Part shown: positions 7,918 to 15,500 of the stretch, one piece after another | How the letters are laid out: each line of letters begins with the position of its first letter | How positions within the stretch are numbered: the first letter of the stretch is position 1 | The notes under the pieces: model-generated | Database searches by the model: none | Told to the model about the DNA's origin: nothing | What the model saw: the letters and a program-made list of their open reading frames with translations, nothing else | Translations under genes and position numbers: made by a program | From: Candidatus Nomurabacteria bacterium GW2011_GWB1_43_19 | GTDB taxonomy: Bacteria > Patescibacteriota > Minisyncoccia > Phycocordibacterales > UBA9973 | DNA length: 57,214 nt | Direction of reading: 5' to 3' | Assembly (NCBI GenBank): GCA_000999465.1 | Contig: LCGB01000001.1 | Location: 1-57,214 of the forward strand

Positions 7918-8267
7918 TCAAGGTGTTTTTTACAGGTTCGGGCGGCCGGATTGGCTTCCAAACGCGCCGTTTCAATATCTTTTTTGCAAATTTCGCATTT
8001 GCCGAAAGAATCCCTATTCAACTTCTTTAAGGCCTTTAAAATATTGTTCAGACGCGGTTCCAGGGTTCTCATCATTGAACTTCTCGCTTCAAAATCCTCA
8101 AACCGGTCTGCCTTGTCATTCTCGTCCGATTCCGGGAATTCTAGTTGTTCCGGAGTCGCTTCCCACTCTCCCGTCTCCGCGTCCAGTTTGCCCATGTCCT
8201 TGAGCTGCTCCAAGAGGATATCCCGTTCGTGTTCCAGATTTTCTTTAATTTTTTTCTTGTCCGGCAT
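7911..8267 (-). CDS. DksA/TraR-family C4 zinc-finger protein
   Basis: 118 aa, acidic coiled coil followed by CEICKKDIETARLEANPAARTCKKH (CxxC-x17-C). Confidence 0.75.
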   Translation of the reverse strand: MPDKKKIKENLEHERDILLEQLKDMGKLDAETGEWEATPEQLEFPESDENDKADRFEDFEARSSMMRTLEPRLNNILKALKKLNRDSFGKCEICKKDIETARLEANPAARTCKKHLES

Positions 8268-8361
8268 CAGTCAATAATAGCATGTTAATTTCCCATAGCA
8301 AGTGCTATACCCTGTAGTAGAATTTTGAAAAAATTTCACTACGGGGTATACTCCATTTGCC

Positions 8362-8431
8362 TGTCCCGTACTAAATTTTTAATTACGGGATATGTAGATA
8401 AACGTTATTAATAAAATTTTAGTACTGGGAT
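8362..8431. repeat. Inverted-repeat pair (24-mer + 20-mer), copy 1, abutting the metK start codon
   Basis: TGTCCCGTACTAAATTTTTAATTA (8362-8385) and TAAAATTTTAGTACTGGGAT (8412-8431). The second copy at 34606-34711 matches 23/24 and 20/20. Confidence 0.7.
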
Positions 8432-9491
8432 GTTTTACAAGCATGACAACTATACGGTTGAGAGTGTTACCTCCGGCCATCCGGATAAAATCTGCGACCA
8501 GATATCGGATGCCATTTTGGACGCGTATCTGAAAACGGACCCGGAAAGCCGGGTGGCAGTGGAGACCTTCGGGGGGCACGGCAAGTTGGTCATCGGAGGA
8601 GAAATAACCTCCCGAGGAAGAGTTGACTGCGTAAAAATCGCCCGCGAGGTCTATAAAAAAATCGGCTACAAAGACAAGCTTAAAATATCGGCTCGTATCG
8701 TTACCCAGTCCCCGGACATTGCCCGAGGAGTGGATTCGGGCGGAGCCGGCGACCAGGGAATAATGTATGGCTTTGCCACCAAGGAGACGCCGGAATTCCT
8801 GCCGAAGGGAGTGGTACTGGCGCATCAATTGGCAAAAAAACTGGAAGAAGTAAGGAAAAGTAAAAAAATAAAATGGCTCCGGCCGGACGGCAAAACGCAG
8901 GTAACTTACACCAACGGAAGATTGGACACCGTCCTGGTCAGCGCCCAGCACGCCCCCCAAGTGCAGTCGGCGGAAATAAAAAAAGAAATCACCAAAAAAA
9001 TAATTTATCCCCTGCTTTCCCCGAGGGAGCGGAAAGAAGTGAAAATCCTGGTGAACCCAACCGGCCATTTCGTACAGGGCGGATTCAAGGCGGATACCGG
9101 ACTGACCGGACGCAAAATTATGGTGGACACTTACGGCGGAATTATTCCGCACGGCGGAGGATGTTTTTCCGGCAAGGACGCCACCAAGGTGGACCGCTCC
9201 GGCGCCTACATGGCGCGTTTCGCCGCCAAGAACCTGGTGGCCGCGGGCTACGGCAAGGAGGTATTGGTATCGGTTGCTTACGCCATCGGCCTGCCCGAGC
9301 CGCTGATGATTGAAGTCATCAACGAAAAAGGAAAAGATTTGACGAAAATTGTCCGCAAAAATTTTGACTTCCGGCCGCTATCCATCATCCGGCGGCTCGG
9401 TCTGCGCAAGCCGGTTTTTTTCAAAACCGCCGCCTACGGCCACTTCGGCAAAAAAAATCTCCCCTGGGAAAAAATTGAAAAGGTTAAATAA
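8430..9491 (+). CDS. metK: S-adenosylmethionine synthetase
   Basis: 353 aa with ESVTSGHPDKICDQISDAILDA, GAGDQGIMYGFA and GGGCFSGKDATKVDRSGAY, the hallmark MetK motifs. Confidence 0.9.
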   Translation: MFYKHDNYTVESVTSGHPDKICDQISDAILDAYLKTDPESRVAVETFGGHGKLVIGGEITSRGRVDCVKIAREVYKKIGYKDKLKISARIVTQSPDIARGVDSGGAGDQGIMYGFATKETPEFLPKGVVLAHQLAKKLEEVRKSKKIKWLRPDGKTQVTYTNGRLDTVLVSAQHAPQVQSAEIKKEITKKIIYPLLSPRERKEVKILVNPTGHFVQGGFKADTGLTGRKIMVDTYGGIIPHGGGCFSGKDATKVDRSGAYMARFAAKNLVAAGYGKEVLVSVAYAIGLPEPLMIEVINEKGKDLTKIVRKNFDFRPLSIIRRLGLRKPVFFKTAAYGHFGKKNLPWEKIEKVK

Positions 9492-9526
9492 ATTATAAAA
9501 ATTAACTTTGTTAAGGCAATGAAAAT

Positions 9527-9871
9527 ATGAAAAAAACTTACTTTAAATTTTTTAAAGATGGCTACAGGAAAGTCCGAGGGGGTTACTCTCGTTTTTTAAA
9601 TGTATATTGCGCCAGCTGTAAAGCACATTTATTTTTATATCAAAAGGACGGCCCTGGTGCCTTAAAACGTACATATTTAGACAGAATCTTAGCTCCAAAA
9701 ATCAAGAAAACAAAAAACGAACTAGTTTGCGAAAAATGTAAAAAAGTTATCGGTACTTTTTTCATCTATAAAAAAGAAAGCCGCCCCGCAGTGCGTTTAT
9801 ATCAGGATTCTGTGATTAAAAAAATCGGACGAGGAATTTACCCTCCGCCATCTTACAATTCCAAGTTTTAG
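9527..9871 (+). CDS. Hypothetical zinc-ribbon protein (cassette ORF 1)
   Basis: 114 aa, basic, with CASCK...CEKCKK (two CxxC pairs). It lies in the AT-rich segment between the duplicated metK ends. Confidence 0.45.
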   Translation: MKKTYFKFFKDGYRKVRGGYSRFLNVYCASCKAHLFLYQKDGPGALKRTYLDRILAPKIKKTKNELVCEKCKKVIGTFFIYKKESRPAVRLYQDSVIKKIGRGIYPPPSYNSKF

Positions 9872-9889
9872 GATAAATTAGACAACATA

Positions 9890-10159
9890 TTGGAGGATAA
9901 AAAACCTGAGCCAATTTTAGTTTCCCGCTTTCTTGATATACGAAAAAAGCCCGAAATAAATCCTACGATGGAGGATTTTCCAAACATTTTGAAGGACGAA
10001 CGGTATCGCAAACATTCTCTAGAAGAAGCAAAAAGGCTTTCCGCAGATAAATTTCATGTTTTGAGGCGATATTTTAGATCATTTTCACATATTGCATTAG
10101 AATTTGAAAAAATTAAGCCTTTCATAGAGAGAGTTTGCGGTTTAACAGAACAGTCCTAA
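9890..10159 (+). CDS. Hypothetical protein (cassette ORF 2; start uncertain, TTG at 9890 or a later ATG)
   Basis: 89-aa ORF with no recognisable motif. It may start at the internal MEDFPN. Confidence 0.3.
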   Translation: MEDKKPEPILVSRFLDIRKKPEINPTMEDFPNILKDERYRKHSLEEAKRLSADKFHVLRRYFRSFSHIALEFEKIKPFIERVCGLTEQS

Positions 10160-10171
10160 CTTTTTAAAAGC

Positions 10172-10218
10172 GGCAAAAAAAATCTGCCTTGGAAAAAAAT
10201 TGAAAAGATGAAATAAAT
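10172..10218 (+). repeat. Duplicated metK 3' end (direct repeat of 9447-9493)
   Basis: 42/47 nt identical to the metK terminus. It would encode GKKNLPWKKIEKMK* versus the genuine GKKNLPWEKIEKVK*. Confidence 0.8.
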
Positions 10219-10279
10219 AGTAAATTACGTAATCGATTACATAATTTACTACGTAATGTTATTAGCCTAGAACCAAAAA

Positions 10280-11167
10280 TTATTGCTTCGTCTGGCTGGA
10301 AGCCAGACGAAGCATAATTTCACGCGCAACTTTTTCAGTATTGGCAATAATAACGGACTCTTCATCGGCAAAAATATACATCATTACTATTTTATTGCTT
10401 CCCGGATTCGGATTTTCGGACGATACCTCCTCTAATCTGTAAAGAATGCGCGCATTCTTATTGCCCACAATACCATCATCAAAATTTCTGGCAAGAAGAT
10501 AACTCGTCTCCGGAGAAATGATCACTCCGAAAAATCCGTGCAAGTCGGAAAACATTTTATTCTCCCAGGCGCGCAAACTTTCAAAAATATCGGCGGTGGA
10601 GCGCGTTTTTATCAGGATAAAAAAATCTTTCGTTTCATTGTTCATGACACCCAGAAGAAAGTTGTCGCTAACAAGCAATATATTGTTGCGCGGAGTGAAA
10701 TTGCCCTTAATAAAGGAGATAAATTTCCTTAATCCGATGATTTGTTTATTTTCAGTAAGATAAATTCCTTCAATACCCCCACTTTTTACCTTAGTGGTAT
10801 TAACTTCATTCAAAACAATTTGCGCTATTTCATCTTTATTAAGCCCTGAGATTTCAAGATATATGGACTGGTCGTTGAAAATAAGAGGGACAAATTGTTT
10901 TTCCACTTCCACCGTATTGATATCTTTCTTAAAGAGAAAAAAAGACAAAATCGCTAAAGCCAACACAAAAAGCGCGATGCCGGTCCACATAAAAATTTTA
11001 TTTTTCATTATCTCGGGAGGCAAACTTCTTTTCCGTATTTCGTATTCTTCCTCCTCATGGATTATTTTTTTTACCAGACCTTCTTCCGTGCCGCTATTAA
11101 TAACTTTCGCTATGTCGCTGGCATAAGTTTCAATAGCTTCATCTTTTGTTTTTTTCTCCGGTTCCAT
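10280..11167 (-). CDS. Membrane-anchored hypothetical protein (single TM), co-transcribed downstream of pnp
   Basis: 295 aa with one hydrophobic helix (IFMWTGIALFVLALAILSFFLF). It starts 5 nt after the pnp stop. Confidence 0.6.
   Translation of the reverse strand: MEPEKKTKDEAIETYASDIAKVINSGTEEGLVKKIIHEEEEYEIRKRSLPPEIMKNKIFMWTGIALFVLALAILSFFLFKKDINTVEVEKQFVPLIFNDQSIYLEISGLNKDEIAQIVLNEVNTTKVKSGGIEGIYLTENKQIIGLRKFISFIKGNFTPRNNILLVSDNFLLGVMNNETKDFFILIKTRSTADIFESLRAWENKMFSDLHGFFGVIISPETSYLLARNFDDGIVGNKNARILYRLEEVSSENPNPGSNKIVMMYIFADEESVIIANTEKVAREIMLRLASSQTKQ
10284..10314 (-). terminator. Perfect 14-bp-stem hairpin overlapping the last 11 codons of the 10280-11167 gene
   Basis: TGCTTCGTCTGGCT-GGA-AGCCAGACGAAGCA. 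On the minus strand it is followed by ATAATTTTTGG, and it encodes MLRLASSQTKQ*. Confidence 0.5.
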
Positions 11168-11172
11168 TATTT

Positions 11173-13368
11173 TTAATTATTTCCGCCCGAGGCGGATCCG
11201 CCTTTGGCGGAGAAGAAATTTTTATCCGCTTCTTTGATGGACAGGCCGATTCTGCCTCTTTCCAGGTCAATATTTATAATCTTCACCGGCACAATCATGC
11301 CTTCTTTTATTATACTGCCAACATTCTCCACGCGCCATGGCGCTATTTCGGAAATATGCACCATGCCATCGATGAAATCGTTTAACCGCACAAAGGCTCC
11401 GAAGTCGGCGACTTTCACGACTTCACCCTTGAGCATTTCACCTACCTGAAATTCGCGGGTCATTTCTTCCACGATTGCCTTGGCTTTCGCGGCCGAATCG
11501 TCCCGGCCAGTCAGATAAACAGTGCCGTCGTCCTCAATGGTTATTTCCGCTCCCGTCCTTTCCTTTATATCTTTGATAGTTTTTCCTCCCCCGCCGATGA
11601 CCAGTCCGATTTTATCCGGATTGATTTTGATTATCAAAATTTTCGGAGCATTGGGGGAAATATTCGCCCGCGGTTTCGGAATTTCTTTTTCAATCCTATC
11701 TAAAATGGCCAGCCGCGCGGATTTCCCCTGTTTCATCGCCTCGCCCAGTATTTTTATCGGCACGCCCTCCACCTTCACATCAAGCTGGATGGCGGTAACG
11801 CCGTTCCGGGTGCCGGCAATTTTGAAATCCATATCACCATAATGATCTTCCGGTCCCTGAATGTCGGTCAAAATTTTATATCTGTCATCGGACTCGTACA
11901 TTAGACCCATGGCAATGCCGGCCACCGGCGCCTTAATAGGCACACCGCCGTCCATCAGAGCCAGAGTAGAAGCGCAGATTGATGCTTGAGAAGTGGAACC
12001 GTTGGAAGCCATTGACTCGGAAACAATCCGGATGGTGTACGGAAATTCCATCGCCGTTGGCAGCACCATCTCCAGTGCTTTTTCGGCGAGGGCTCCGTGT
12101 CCGACTTCCCGGCGGTTAGTAAATCCGGCCCGGCCCACTTCTCCGGACGAGTAAGGGGGGAAGTTGTAATGATGCATGAATCTTTTTTCTTCTTTGAGCT
12201 GCAACCCGTCAACCAAATTCCTGTCTTCCGGTCCGCCCAAGGTCAAAACCGAGAGGACATGCGTCCCTCCGCGGTAGAAAATTCCCGAACCGTGGAGAAT
12301 GCTGGAGAGTTCCCCGGCTTGCGCGTAGAGGTCGCGAAGTTCATCCATCTTCCGGCCGTCGGCGCGCTTGTTTTGCTCTATCGCGCTCTTATGCAGAATA
12401 TCGTTTTCCGTATCGTCAAACAAATCGTCTTCCAGGGCAAAGTCCTCTCGGTCCGGGAATTTTTCGCTGTAGTATTCTCTTGCCAAATTGTTCCAAGTAG
12501 TATGTAAGGCATCTATTTTTTCTTTGCCCGCCTCTGCGTGGCCGAAGCCCGCTTCGGCGAGGCGAAGGCCCGCTTCTCCGAAAAGCGCTTCTTCTATGTG
12601 AGGCAGGATGTTTTCGTTAAATAAAATGACAGATTCGGGAGAAATCGTTTCTTTTTCTATTGCTCTTTTCTCTTTCCCTATTTCAGCCATTATTTTCTTC
12701 TGAAAATCCTCCAGTTTGGCTATTTCCCGGCTGGCTTCTTCCAGCGCCGCTTCCAGTTCCGCCTCGGCGATTTGGTGAGCGGACGCCTCAATCATATTTA
12801 TCTTGCCGTCTTTGCCGCAGACCGTCAGGTCAAATTTATAGGGCGCATCGTCTTCCAGGCGCAAGGACTGTGGAGGGTTGATTTGGAGTCCATTGCCGTC
12901 ATACTTGCCGATACGCACGCAGCCGATGGGGCCATTCCAAGGAATATTAGAAACGGAAAGCGCCAAGGATGCGGCGTTTACCGCTAAAATTGTCGGGTCG
13001 TTATCGTCAACGGAAAGAACCGTCACAATTACCTGTACCGCGTGACGAACCGACTGATCAAAAAGCGGGCGCAGGGTACGGTCTATCACCCGGCTGGCCA
13101 AGATGGCCTCCTCCGACGGCTTGCCTTCTCGGCGGACAAAACGGGAGCCGAGAATTTTTCCGGCCGCGTAAAACTTTTCCGTATAATCAACCGTCAGATT
13201 GAAGTATCCTAAACCCTGCTGTTTATCCTTGGACATGCAGGCGGTGGCCAAGACAATCGTCTCTCCGCATTTCAGGATTACCGAACCATGCGCCTGTTCC
13301 GCTAAGTCGCTAAAAACGGCCGTTAAAGTTTTGCCTCCGATTTCCACGCTATACTCTTTTTTCTTCAT
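11173..13368 (-). CDS. pnp: Polyribonucleotide nucleotidyltransferase (PNPase)
   Basis: Two RNase PH domains, KH (GGGGKTIKDI) and S1 (GEVVKVADFGAFVRL). I prefer ATG at 13368 (MKKKEYSVEIGG) to the TTG at 13389. Confidence 0.9.
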   Translation of the reverse strand: MKKKEYSVEIGGKTLTAVFSDLAEQAHGSVILKCGETIVLATACMSKDKQQGLGYFNLTVDYTEKFYAAGKILGSRFVRREGKPSEEAILASRVIDRTLRPLFDQSVRHAVQVIVTVLSVDDNDPTILAVNAASLALSVSNIPWNGPIGCVRIGKYDGNGLQINPPQSLRLEDDAPYKFDLTVCGKDGKINMIEASAHQIAEAELEAALEEASREIAKLEDFQKKIMAEIGKEKRAIEKETISPESVILFNENILPHIEEALFGEAGLRLAEAGFGHAEAGKEKIDALHTTWNNLAREYYSEKFPDREDFALEDDLFDDTENDILHKSAIEQNKRADGRKMDELRDLYAQAGELSSILHGSGIFYRGGTHVLSVLTLGGPEDRNLVDGLQLKEEKRFMHHYNFPPYSSGEVGRAGFTNRREVGHGALAEKALEMVLPTAMEFPYTIRIVSESMASNGSTSQASICASTLALMDGGVPIKAPVAGIAMGLMYESDDRYKILTDIQGPEDHYGDMDFKIAGTRNGVTAIQLDVKVEGVPIKILGEAMKQGKSARLAILDRIEKEIPKPRANISPNAPKILIIKINPDKIGLVIGGGGKTIKDIKERTGAEITIEDDGTVYLTGRDDSAAKAKAIVEEMTREFQVGEMLKGEVVKVADFGAFVRLNDFIDGMVHISEIAPWRVENVGSIIKEGMIVPVKIINIDLERGRIGLSIKEADKNFFSAKGGSASGGNN
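11183..11210. repeat. GGATCC-centred double-hairpin element, copy at the pnp C-terminus
   Basis: CCGCCCGAGGCGGATCCGCCTTTGGCGG, the exact reverse complement of 31497-31524. It encodes the terminal SAKGGSASGGNN* of PNPase. Confidence 0.85.
12541..12576. repeat. Intragenic tandem hairpins in pnp (GAAGC-CC-GCTTC units)
   Basis: GCCGAAGCCCGCTTCGGC followed by GAAGGCCCGCTTC. They encode LRLAEAGFGHAEAG in the variable inter-domain helix region. Confidence 0.45.
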
Positions 13369-13399
13369 ATTATTCTCGCCCCGGGCCAAGCCGGAGGGT

Positions 13400-13466
13400 G
13401 GTTCGTATCCAGACTACAGTGTTGTTCCATAAAGATGGAACACTACTTTGTGTCCGGGCGCGAACC
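13400..13466 (-). promoter_or_regulatory. Long imperfect hairpin in the pnp 5' leader
   Basis: GGTTCG...AGTGTTGTTCCAT-AAAG-ATGGAACACT...CGAACC, lying 30-100 nt upstream of the pnp start. Confidence 0.4.
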
Positions 13467-13520
13467 CGATTAACTTATAAGCTTTTGTCATAGTAGCACT
13501 TTTATCTAAAAATGCAAAAA

Positions 13521-14030
13521 TTATTTCCCGCCCAGTAGATATTTTCTCGGATTTTCGGAAAGGTCAATAAAGTCGTCCGCCGCTTCGCGTAGTTTTCCGG
13601 AAGTTGATTTGCCGAAGGAAACAACTTCCACCTGCACACCAATCGTCTGCAGATACTCCACCAGCGGAACAAAATCTCCGTCACCAGAGACAATAATAAC
13701 CGAATCCAGGCGCGGGGACATTTTAATCGCATCCACCGCCAGCCCCACATCCCAATCCGCTTTCTTGGCGCCCCCGGCGAATATTTGTAAGTCCTTTGTT
13801 TTGGTTTCAATGCCCAGCTTGGCCAGCGCTTCAAAAAAGTTCTTCTCGTCTCCCGCTTCGGTGGTGATGACATACGCCACTGCGCGTACCAGTTTCCTTC
13901 CCGCCACCGCGTCTTTCAAAACCGCGCCGAAATTAACCCGCGCCTGGTAGAGGTTGCGGGCCGAATGGTATAAATTTTGCGTATCAATAAAAACACCGAC
14001 TCTTTGTTCTTTATGTTTTATTACTGTCAT
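13521..14030 (-). CDS. NYN-domain (LabA/DUF88-like) protein
   Basis: 169 aa with VGVFIDTQNLYHSAR and VIIVSGDGDFVPLVEYLQ, the typical NYN/LabA acidic motifs. Its start overlaps the MTase stop by 4 nt. Confidence 0.8.
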   Translation of the reverse strand: MTVIKHKEQRVGVFIDTQNLYHSARNLYQARVNFGAVLKDAVAGRKLVRAVAYVITTEAGDEKNFFEALAKLGIETKTKDLQIFAGGAKKADWDVGLAVDAIKMSPRLDSVIIVSGDGDFVPLVEYLQTIGVQVEVVSFGKSTSGKLREAADDFIDLSENPRKYLLGGK

Positions 14031-14854
14031 ATTTTAATTAATGTATTATGAATAATATTTTTGCTTTTAACAATATCTTTAAAAAGACCTGCCTCCCCTT
14101 TTCTATTTGAAACCCTTTCATTGATTATTTTATAATAATTCTTATTTATCTCAAAACCAATATAATTTCTCTTTGCATTAATTGCCGCTATGGCAGTCGT
14201 GCCTGTTCCCATAAAAGGATCTAGAACAATACCTCCGACAGGACAACTGGCCTTTATAATTCTTTCAATTATTTCTAGCGGTTTCTGTGTTGGATGATTT
14301 TGTCTCTCGGGAGCTTGCGCATGAATCCGACTTACACTCCATATATCTTTTGGATTATAACCAATCTCAAGCCATTTTTTACCGATGAAAATTGATCTTG
14401 TTCTAGCTTTTTTTGTTTCTTCGTCGTATGGAATTCTAATACTATCAATATCAAAAAAATATTTCTTATTCTTTTTAACAAAAAACCCTATATTGTCATG
14501 CACCGAAGAAAATTTTCTCGTCGATCCGCCCATACTTGGCACCCTTCTATCCCAAATTACTTCATTAATCATCAACATTTTTGTCTTTATGTAAGAAAAA
14601 ATTTCTGGGCTATATTGCCAGCTGAGAAAAACATAAAAACTCCCTGTGTCTTTAAGTTTTGGAATTACCGAATCTATCCATTTATATGTCCACTCTAAAT
14701 ATTCTTTAGAATTAAGCTTATCGGAATTATTTTCATAGTCTTTACCTAAACAATAAGGTGGGTCTGCAACGATTAAATCCAAAGAATTATCTGGTATTTT
14801 TTTTATGCCAATTAAACAATCCTCATTAAAAATTCTATTTTTTATTTTTTCCAT
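14027..14854 (-). CDS. Beta-class DNA methyltransferase (DPPY)
   Basis: 275 aa with IVADPPYCL, then NHPTQKP and VLDPFMGTGTTA. The sequence is AT-rich. Confidence 0.9.
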   Translation of the reverse strand: MEKIKNRIFNEDCLIGIKKIPDNSLDLIVADPPYCLGKDYENNSDKLNSKEYLEWTYKWIDSVIPKLKDTGSFYVFLSWQYSPEIFSYIKTKMLMINEVIWDRRVPSMGGSTRKFSSVHDNIGFFVKKNKKYFFDIDSIRIPYDEETKKARTRSIFIGKKWLEIGYNPKDIWSVSRIHAQAPERQNHPTQKPLEIIERIIKASCPVGGIVLDPFMGTGTTAIAAINAKRNYIGFEINKNYYKIINERVSNRKGEAGLFKDIVKSKNIIHNTLIKI

Positions 14855-15461
14855 ATTTCTTTAATACAATACTTTTTGAACCTATTCTTAATAAATCCAT
14901 AAATCTTTTTCTGGACCTTGTTATTGGTTTATGATTATACAGAGCTTGTATCTTGTCGTTTCTTGGGTTTATATATATAGGTAAAAATTGAGGGGAGAAT
15001 ATTTCTAGATAATCCTTAACAAAAAGTATTTTGATATCTTTAAATTTTATCCCAAAACAAGCATATATTAAATTGTAGTCGCTGTTTGTGGAGTATTGAA
15101 AATAAAGTTTCTCAACTGCAGCTATGTCATTTTTATTTTCCTTACCATCAGTATTGTGAATTTTAACATTCACAAAATATTTTTTACCACCAGCTATTAT
15201 TTCACAATCATGCAGACATGTGTCTGGTAAATCAAAATTTACATCCTTTATCCCCAGATCTTTCGCTCTGAATTTTGTTTGTTGTACTATAACTTGCTCA
15301 ACCAACCACGAAACTGACCTTGTATGTGCTTTTAAACCATAGGGTAAAACCTTCCTATCCGTCACATCAAAACTCGGTAAAATATTTAAAAGTTTTAGAT
15401 ATACCCCCCTTATAAAATCCAAGCCAGCCACAATATTTTGTGATCCATCTTTTCGTCTCAT
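14835..15461 (-). CDS. Candidate cognate restriction endonuclease (by position only)
   Basis: 208 aa, AT-rich, overlapping the MTase start by 20 nt. I could not assign a clear catalytic motif (possibly LPD...VNVK). Confidence 0.4.
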   Translation of the reverse strand: MRRKDGSQNIVAGLDFIRGVYLKLLNILPSFDVTDRKVLPYGLKAHTRSVSWLVEQVIVQQTKFRAKDLGIKDVNFDLPDTCLHDCEIIAGGKKYFVNVKIHNTDGKENKNDIAAVEKLYFQYSTNSDYNLIYACFGIKFKDIKILFVKDYLEIFSPQFLPIYINPRNDKIQALYNHKPITRSRKRFMDLLRIGSKSIVLKKYGKNKK

Positions 15462-15500
15462 ATTGGTTTTAAGTATAGCATAAACAAAAACCCTTCCTAC

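Noticed and set aside
8268-8429. Possible SAM riboswitch upstream of metK.
   Set aside because: I could not find the conserved cores of SAM-I, SAM-II or other SAM classes as I recall them. The conspicuous hairpin arms recur at the VirB6-like gene, so they are a dispersed repeat rather than a metK-specific aptamer. I kept this only as a repeat and possible start-site occlusion finding.
8379-9152. 257-aa ORF antisense to metK. The same applies to similar long shadow ORFs: 15960-16604 (antisense to xerC), 6884-7492 (comM), 35928-36549 (VirB6-like), 19572-20072 (Cys-rich gene), 29913-30407 (pcrA), 40272-40823 (virB4) and 56168-56617.
   Set aside because: Each lies opposite a gene with unmistakable family motifs. 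Their translations are low-complexity or Arg/Ser/Leu-rich, as is typical of antisense frames, and none has its own start context.
11183-11210. The idea that the GGATCC core marks a BamHI-like or GATC RM target linked to the DpnA-like methyltransferase.
   Set aside because: The MTase specificity cannot be read from the sequence. Other GGATCC sites (23667, 38265, 42743, 51828) lack the surrounding element, and nothing links the element to the RM genes except the shared tetranucleotide.
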